The notes beneath the pieces are model-generated. The model was not told the DNA's origin and ran no database searches. It saw only the letters and a list, made by a program, of their open reading frames with translations. The translations under genes were made by a program, and so were the position numbers. Shown in pieces: positions 56,920-64,000 of a stretch of DNA of 64,000 nt. The stretch comes from Octopus vulgaris (taxonomy: Eukaryota): the NCBI GenBank assembly GCA_951406725.2, contig OX597815.1, positions 61,814,001-61,878,000 of the forward strand. Direction: 5' to 3'. Numbering within the stretch: position 1 is the first letter of the stretch; the number at the start of each line of letters is the position of its first letter.

Positions 56920-57880
56920 TACATATGTGGTGGAAATCTATGGGTGTGTCTATTTGTGGCGTTGTTATCTAACTCCTCCTACATCGTTTTATCGATTTTG
57001 ATGAAACGTGACAGCTGAGTAGAACTCATGCCTAGAAAACTAGTGACATACTTAGATTGTTGAAAAATCGTTAATAGGGCCCCTTGAAGGGATTGTTATA
57101 TCTACTACATATAGCTATAACAATAATATATAATTTTAAACATCCAAGGGAAATAACCATAATACATTATTTTTATACATAAAAGGGAAATAACCCATTC
57201 GCTCCTGAAAGGGATCCTTATATATAGCCAAGGGAAATACCCCATTTATGTTCGTAAATTATTTCATATAAATCAAATTGAGTATACTTATTTCTTAATA
57301 TTTGAACTATTTGAGTTATTTTCGCAATTTATCCAGTACAACGCTTAGACAAATAAATAGTATTTTCCTAAACAAAAGATCCACTTATTTCGGTTAGTGA
57401 CATATTCACGAATATACTAACACTAGCACCGTTGAGTGTGATATTCCCTGCAAACGCACAAAAGCTTTTTCAGAGATATTTACTTTGAATTGTTATTATC
57501 TCATATCTGACTAGCCTATTATTACGTAATATGCTTCACAATTTTAGTATACATACCTTATTAGTATTCCTTCTATATTCTATGTACTCTGGGAATGCAT
57601 TAAAGCCCTTTTCAGGGCTACTTTATCTGAATTCTTACTATCGGGTAACTAATTTCATGTTATTACATAGCTGACTTCACAATTTGGGTATTCATAACTT
57701 ACTGGGAATTACTGAAAACAAGATCCTGTGTAAGACTGTTCGGTATTCTCAATAAATGCGCAAAATCCGTTTTAAGAGCTACATACTTTGCATTGTTGTT
57801 AATGGATTAGCGAAACACTTATGAGAACGGAACCAAGGGATAAGCTCCGGTTTCTAGCGAATCACCCGGTACGCTAGCTA

Positions 57881-57883
<3 letters not shown>
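56920..57883 (+). mobile_element. Non-autonomous Helitron-like element
   Basis: 3' hairpin CTAGCG...CGCTAG followed by CTAG|T. The 5' part AACTCCTCCTACATCGTTTTATCGATTTTGATGAAA resembles invertebrate Helitron-like repeats. 5' boundary approximate. Confidence 0.45.
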
Positions 57884-57944
<61 letters not shown>

Positions 57945-58148
57945 CTTTTGGCTGCGGCCATTCTAGAGAATAGCCTTTAGTCGAACACATCGACTCCAGG
58001 ACTTTGTATGCCTAGTACTTATTCTATCGGTCTATTTACCGATGGAATAAGTTACAGCTAAGTAAACACTCCAGCATCGGTTATCAAGAGATGGTAGTTG
58101 TGGTGGTGGGTGGGTGTTACAAACACAGACACACAGGCATATACATAT

Positions 58149-58201
<53 letters not shown>

Positions 58202-58350
58202 CGCGACTGACTTCAAGTCCACTTACAAGACTTTTGTCGGCCCGAAATTATAGTAGAAGACACTTGCCCAGTGTGCCACTCAGTGGGACTGAATCCGGAA
58301 CCCAGTGGCTGGGAAGCAAGAATCTTACCACACAGTCATGTCTGCGCCTA
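57945..58350 (-). mobile_element. SINE family B
   Basis: Matches the family in reverse. Confidence 0.75.
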
Positions 58351-58597
58351 TATTATATATACTACTACGGCTCTCCGTAGGTTACGATGACGGAGGTTCC
58401 AGTTGAACTAATCAACGAAACAGACTGCTCGTGAAATTAACGTGCAAGTGGCTGAGCACTCCACAGACACGTGCCTATGTATGGATTTTCACTGGTACGT
58501 CAAGTGAAATCTCCATGAATAAATTGTTTGTCCATCTCTGCAACTTGTATTTAAATTTGAATATATATATATAGAGAGAGACACACACATACATATA

Positions 58598-58752
58598 GGC
58601 GCAAGCATGGTTGTGTGGTAAGAAATTTGCTTCTCAATCACATGGTTCCAAGTTCAGTCCTACTGCATGACACATTAGTCAAGTATCTTCTTCTATAGGT
58701 TCGAGCCGGCCAAAGCCTTCCGAATGGATTTGGTAGACAGGAACTAAAGAGA
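58598..58752 (+). mobile_element. SINE family B, 5' half
   Basis: GGCGCAAGCATGGTTGTGTGGTAAG head. Confidence 0.75.
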
Positions 58753-58939
58753 AAACAAGACACGTGGAATGAAGAGTCGCTAAAGAAATCATAGGATGTG
58801 GGATGAAAGATCTCAAACAAAGGACACTAAACTAAGAAGAATAATTAAGAAGAAGAAGAATAATGAAGAACGAGTGCATAGTGCATTGTGATTAATTTGG
58901 AAATAAAAATTACCATTCTAAAATATTTGTGTGTGTGTG

Positions 58940-61560
58940 CACAGTTTGAAGAGGACCTCCTGTTTATTGTTAAGAATGTTAAATTCCATCGTTCACCCTT
59001 AAGAAATAAATATCTGAGATATCTACGTAATATTACCAAAGAAATAAACAGCATGGAAGGCATCCTTGTTCAATCGGATAAAACTGGTAACCTGTATCAT
59101 TTAAACACAGATTCTTACTTAAAGCTACTCAGGAAGGAAATACAAAAAATATACATGGCTACTAGTAAAAATGCTATCAGAAAGGCTAACCTAGAAGCTG
59201 AGAAAATTATGGAAAAATATAACTTGCAAATGAAAACTGAGCCTTTATCTCCAAAGCAACTCCATTTTGTCTTAACGGATCACAAACCTAGCTTCTTCAA
59301 TAATCCAACTCTCCGTCTTATCTGCCCCTCCAGCTCGGATATCGGTATACTTAGCAAAAATATTCTTGATAAGTACATTCCTTCGTTAACGAAAATACTT
59401 AAACTTAATTTATGGTTTAACTCGTTCCAGGTTGTGGACTGGTTCACAACTCTATCGATAATAAACTAAACACTAAATTTATTCAGTTCAATATCTATAG
59501 TTATTATTCCTCTATCAATCACATCAACCTTAATAAAGCCCTATGGTTCACGCATAATAAAGCCAGCCTCACCCGGGATGAAATTAATGTTGTTATAGCA
59601 ACTAAAAAATCTATTATCCAACTTGATAACAAATTTTGGATTCATAAAGATCGACCCTACTGCTTTGATATCCCTATGGGTTGTAGCGATTCCGCACAAA
59701 TAGCTGATTTGGTAGGTATTTATATTTTATCAGAAATGGATAGCCAATTTCTATATATACTCGGTAGTTTATATCGCGACGACTTTTCCCTTTACCTCCA
59801 AAATATCTCTAATCAAAAACGTTAAATGGTTAAACGCAAAATTGTCAAATTCTTTAGTAATATGGGCCTAAGTATTAGGCCCATATGATTATAGAACTAA
59901 GATAGAATGATGATAGAACTAAGGTTAACTTCCTTGATCTTACTCTCAACTTAAATACGGCCTCATATTTCCCATATCATAAACCTTCAACTAACCTGAA
60001 ATACATCAGCCTTTTTAGGTATCACCCTACCAATATAACAAACAAATTAGTTAAAAACATATCGCTTTGAATCTCTAAATCATCTGCCAATGAAACCATT
60101 TTCAATAATAACTCTGATTTCTATAATTCAGCGTTATATAAAACAGGATATAAGAAATAAATTAAGTATTATAACCATCTTGTCCTTAACTCTTCCTCTA
60201 ATCATAACAGTAATAATACTACTAACAATAATAGTAGTAATAATATTAATAGTAACAGACAAAATGACAACAAAAATACGCACATCGTTCCTCTCGTAGA
60301 CAATAATCCGAATAATATCCCATTACATCATAACAGCCTTAGTCGTTACCATCGGAATTTTAAAAACAAATAGTCAAAGGGACGTAACTATCATTCCCCA
60401 CTCTTTTTCCGTTCTTTAAAAAAGACATTAAGTTTTTTAATAATAAATTTTTCCATAAATCGCGTAACCCTGGTAAAAATATCTAGTTGATTGTTCCATG
60501 CGGAAAACAAGTTAAAAGTAACTTTGCCCGCCCATTTCATAAAGCTATCGAAAGAAAATTTCCCATAAATTCCAGTTACCACTCAATTTACAACACCCAC
60601 CCTATCAGAATTTGCTTCTCCAGCACCAGCAACCTCCTGCAGATTATATCCTTGCATAACAACTATATTCTCAAAGGTAATAGAGTATTTCTTAATAACT
60701 GTAATAACATTAATAATATTAACTATAATCTCTCCTTGAATAATAATATCAATGATATTAGTCTTTGTAACTGTGGCTCGAATAAAACTTGCGTCCTCAA
60801 TTGCAGTATTAAAAATGTTGTTTACCAATGCAAAATTACCTCTGGATCTACAGAATTCTTTTATATTGGATTGTCTACGGAGTTGAAAAGCCGTATCAAG
60901 AACTATGTTTCCACTTTTAAATGCAGTCATATGCGTAATTTTACAGGACTTAGTAAGCTAATTTGGCACCTTAAAGACTCTAATAAACGTTTTTCTTTAG
61001 ACAGGAAAATTTTATCAAGATTATTTCCACATGATAAAGGGAAATCTTTCTGTCCTCTTTGTACGGACGAACAACTACCTATTCTCTTTTCTGAGCATAA
61101 ACTGGTAAACACTTTTAATGAACGTATTTACAGGTGTTTGCATTGGAAAAAAACGCTGTTTTGCCTTTCTTAAATATCTACCCTCACCTAATAATCATTT
61201 TTGCAACTTATCTATTCTTTATTCTTACTTCCCATACTCTCTGTTCTCCCCTTTATCTTTCTTTCTATCTATCATCTATTCTCTGTTTGCTCGTACCTCT
61301 CTCTCTCCTTTAATTTTCGTTCTTTCGTTCCCTCTTTCTTCCTCGATACCTTCTCTTCTTCCCTCGTCCCATGACGCCTGTTTTCTCAACGGCATTTTTA
61401 AATGACTGCGTTCCCTTCACAACTTCGCTTTCCAAATATGTATATGCATCTATGTATGTAAGTGTTCCTGTATGTATATGCATGTGTATTTATATATGTG
61501 TGCATGTGTGCCTGTGTATGTATATGTGTGTTTATATGTGTATGTATCTATACGTATATA

Positions 61561-61611
<51 letters not shown>

Positions 61612-61930
61612 CAAACGTCACATATTGGAGTTTCTTACATCTGTCAAAATGTCTAATTGATACACACAGTTGTTTATATCCTCCCTGATAAGATCGATGC
61701 ATTGCTCCACGTTATTCATCCTGTTGGGTTTATTTTGAATGCATCCATCGAAACATAAGTCGATGATATGAAGATATAAATGATTTAATTACAACTTGGG
61801 TGTTTGTCTCCATTTTCAATTTTTCCTATGTTTTCCAAAATACGTCTCGCTTCTCCATGAAATTAACTCTCACACAAATGTGATCGCTGATTCCTAGGAC
61901 ACTTATGTGGCATCTGGCTACCTTCTGATT
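58940..61930 (+). mobile_element. Penelope-like element (Naiad-like), near-complete RT + GIY-YIG pseudogene with 3' pLTR
   Basis: SDKTGNLY, DHKPSF..NPTLRLICP, FDIPMGCSDSAQIADLVGIYIL, LYRDD, KVNFLDLTL, YHKP, CNC..CVLNC..NVVYQC...FYIGLS..LKSR, CPLC. Degenerate HHR at about 61676-61770. Confidence 0.88.
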
Positions 61931-61946
61931 ATTCCACTGGATCTTC

Positions 61947-62066
<120 letters not shown>

Positions 62067-62157
62067 AATATATATAAATATATATTTCCTTATTGTATTT
62101 GGTTTGCAAGATTAATGCAAGATTAATGTGAATTGAATTCGTGTGTTGAAGCATATT

Positions 62158-62434
62158 TTATTGTGTCTGGAGAGAGTCATTCTCTTTTAGTGTCTTATTA
62201 TTTAACACACACACCTGTTCGATTTCCAATCATTTACTTCTTTATTTTTTCTAAAATTTTCGTTGCGTCTTGTAACCTTTTCAATAGTCGTTGAGAGTGA
62301 ACGACTACTGAAAAGGTTGCAAGACGCAATGACAATTTTAGAAAAAGCAAATAAGTAAATGAGTGGAAATCGAACCGGTGTGTGTGTTAAGTAATAACGC
62401 ACTAAAAGTGAATGACTCTCCCCAGACACAATAA
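62158..62434. mobile_element. Foldback / palindromic MITE-like element
   Basis: About 135-bp arms 62158-62292 and 62300-62434 are imperfect reverse complements around the 7-nt loop GAGAGTG. Confidence 0.8.
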
Positions 62435-62471
62435 TACACAAGCACACACATATATGTACATATTATTATTG

Positions 62472-62578
<107 letters not shown>

Positions 62579-62766
62579 ATTATTATTATTATTATTATTA
62601 TTTCGTTTAGGCACAGCGATATTAATAACCTAGGGTTAGAACTCAACATACATATGCTCAGAACAAAGCAGCAGTCGAGTACAAAACCGTTAGGTTATGA
62701 GTGCATTGTAAGCTAATGAAGTTTATGACATAATTTCTTATTCTCTTGTCATTAATCTAATTTCTT

Positions 62767-62828
<62 letters not shown>

Positions 62829-63851
62829 TTATGTTAAAGCAGTGTCAGCGCCAAGCAATGTTTAGGTGTAAGCGAAGTTTAGGTTAGTTAAGATAAATTT
62901 GTGACATATTTCAACTGCTGAAGGCAAGTTCACTGCAGTTAGTGTAGAGAAAAAGATTCTCTTTTATGGTAAAAAGGTGTAAAAATACCATATGCTTGCC
63001 CCTATCTGGGAATCTGACAGGGAGCAGCACGGGATAAATTTGGTGTTTTTACACCTGTTCACCATAAAAGAGAATTTTTTTTTCTCCGCAGCAACAGCAG
63101 TGAATTTGCCTTTAAAAGTTGAAATACGTCACAAACATATTTTAACTAACCTATATATAAATGCGTGTACCAGCCCGGGATCATTATTGTCCAAACGACT
63201 CCTCAACAATTTGACTGTCGACATTGTTACATCACTGCCATGATGTAGAGAGTTCAAGTTTAATTAAGATTATTTTTCAAGGTCTAATTATAGATGTTAT
63301 CTTCTTTGTGAAGAATGGAAAATATCATTCCAATGAAGGGACATTATGGTAAATAACCAGTAAATAATTAGTTCTTATGTATCTGTATCACATCAGATGC
63401 TTAGGTGGTACAATTTTTTCACGTTAGTTTGCTTCATTTAAATCATAAACGTTTGTTCTGGCATCTCACCAATAAATAAAGATGGACGTTCGAAATCATT
63501 CAGGATAATATCGAAGCAATCTTTGATTGCTTTAGCTCGTTATTTGGCTGTTAGCTATTATGGCATATATCAGGTTATATGAAAAACTAAATGAGATATA
63601 CAAATTTTACATTACATCTTAGCCGATTTTCCATTCGAACCAAAGAATTTTTTTTCCTTCATTCATCCGTTACCGATTTTACCTGTCGGTTGTAACTCAT
63701 GACAGAAATACCACGGTTTTTTTTTTTCGGTAACCGAAATTCCGATTTGAACTCAGAACGCCAGAAGAGAACTGCAAAACATTATCTCCTCCCTTTAACA
63801 TTTCCACCATCCTGGCCTGGTACTTTATTACTGATCCTGAAAGAATAAAGA

Positions 63852-63978
<127 letters not shown>

Positions 63979-64000
63979 GAGAAAGAGAGAGAGATAGATA

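Overview
AT-rich eukaryotic (animal) genomic DNA, very dense in microsatellites and transposable elements. The SINE, LINE and repeat landscape resembles an octopus/cephalopod genome (inference). No intact host protein-coding gene is recognisable, and most ORFs in the track are translated microsatellites. Identifiable content: a CR1-group LINE with a 5' inversion and two nested insertions (a young GC-rich RTE with an 8-bp TSD and a structured 5' UTR, and a Chapaev3-like DNA transposon); R4/Dong LINE fragments; a Tc1 transposon; four Penelope-like element (PLE) copies from two clades; many tRNA-derived SINEs sharing their 3' tail with the CR1-group LINE; a foldback MITE; and a Helitron-like element. 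The main discovery is a set of type I hammerhead ribozymes (HHR). Two of them sit in small non-coding, retrozyme-like elements (37.1-37.9 kb and 50.9-51.6 kb) that have PLE-type inverted 5' ends and are inserted into the internal (TA)n of the same SINE family. The 50.9-kb element has tandem HHRs 358 nt apart with the rare U3-A8 core. A dense nuclear-receptor DR1 cluster at about 27.95 kb is a candidate host enhancer.
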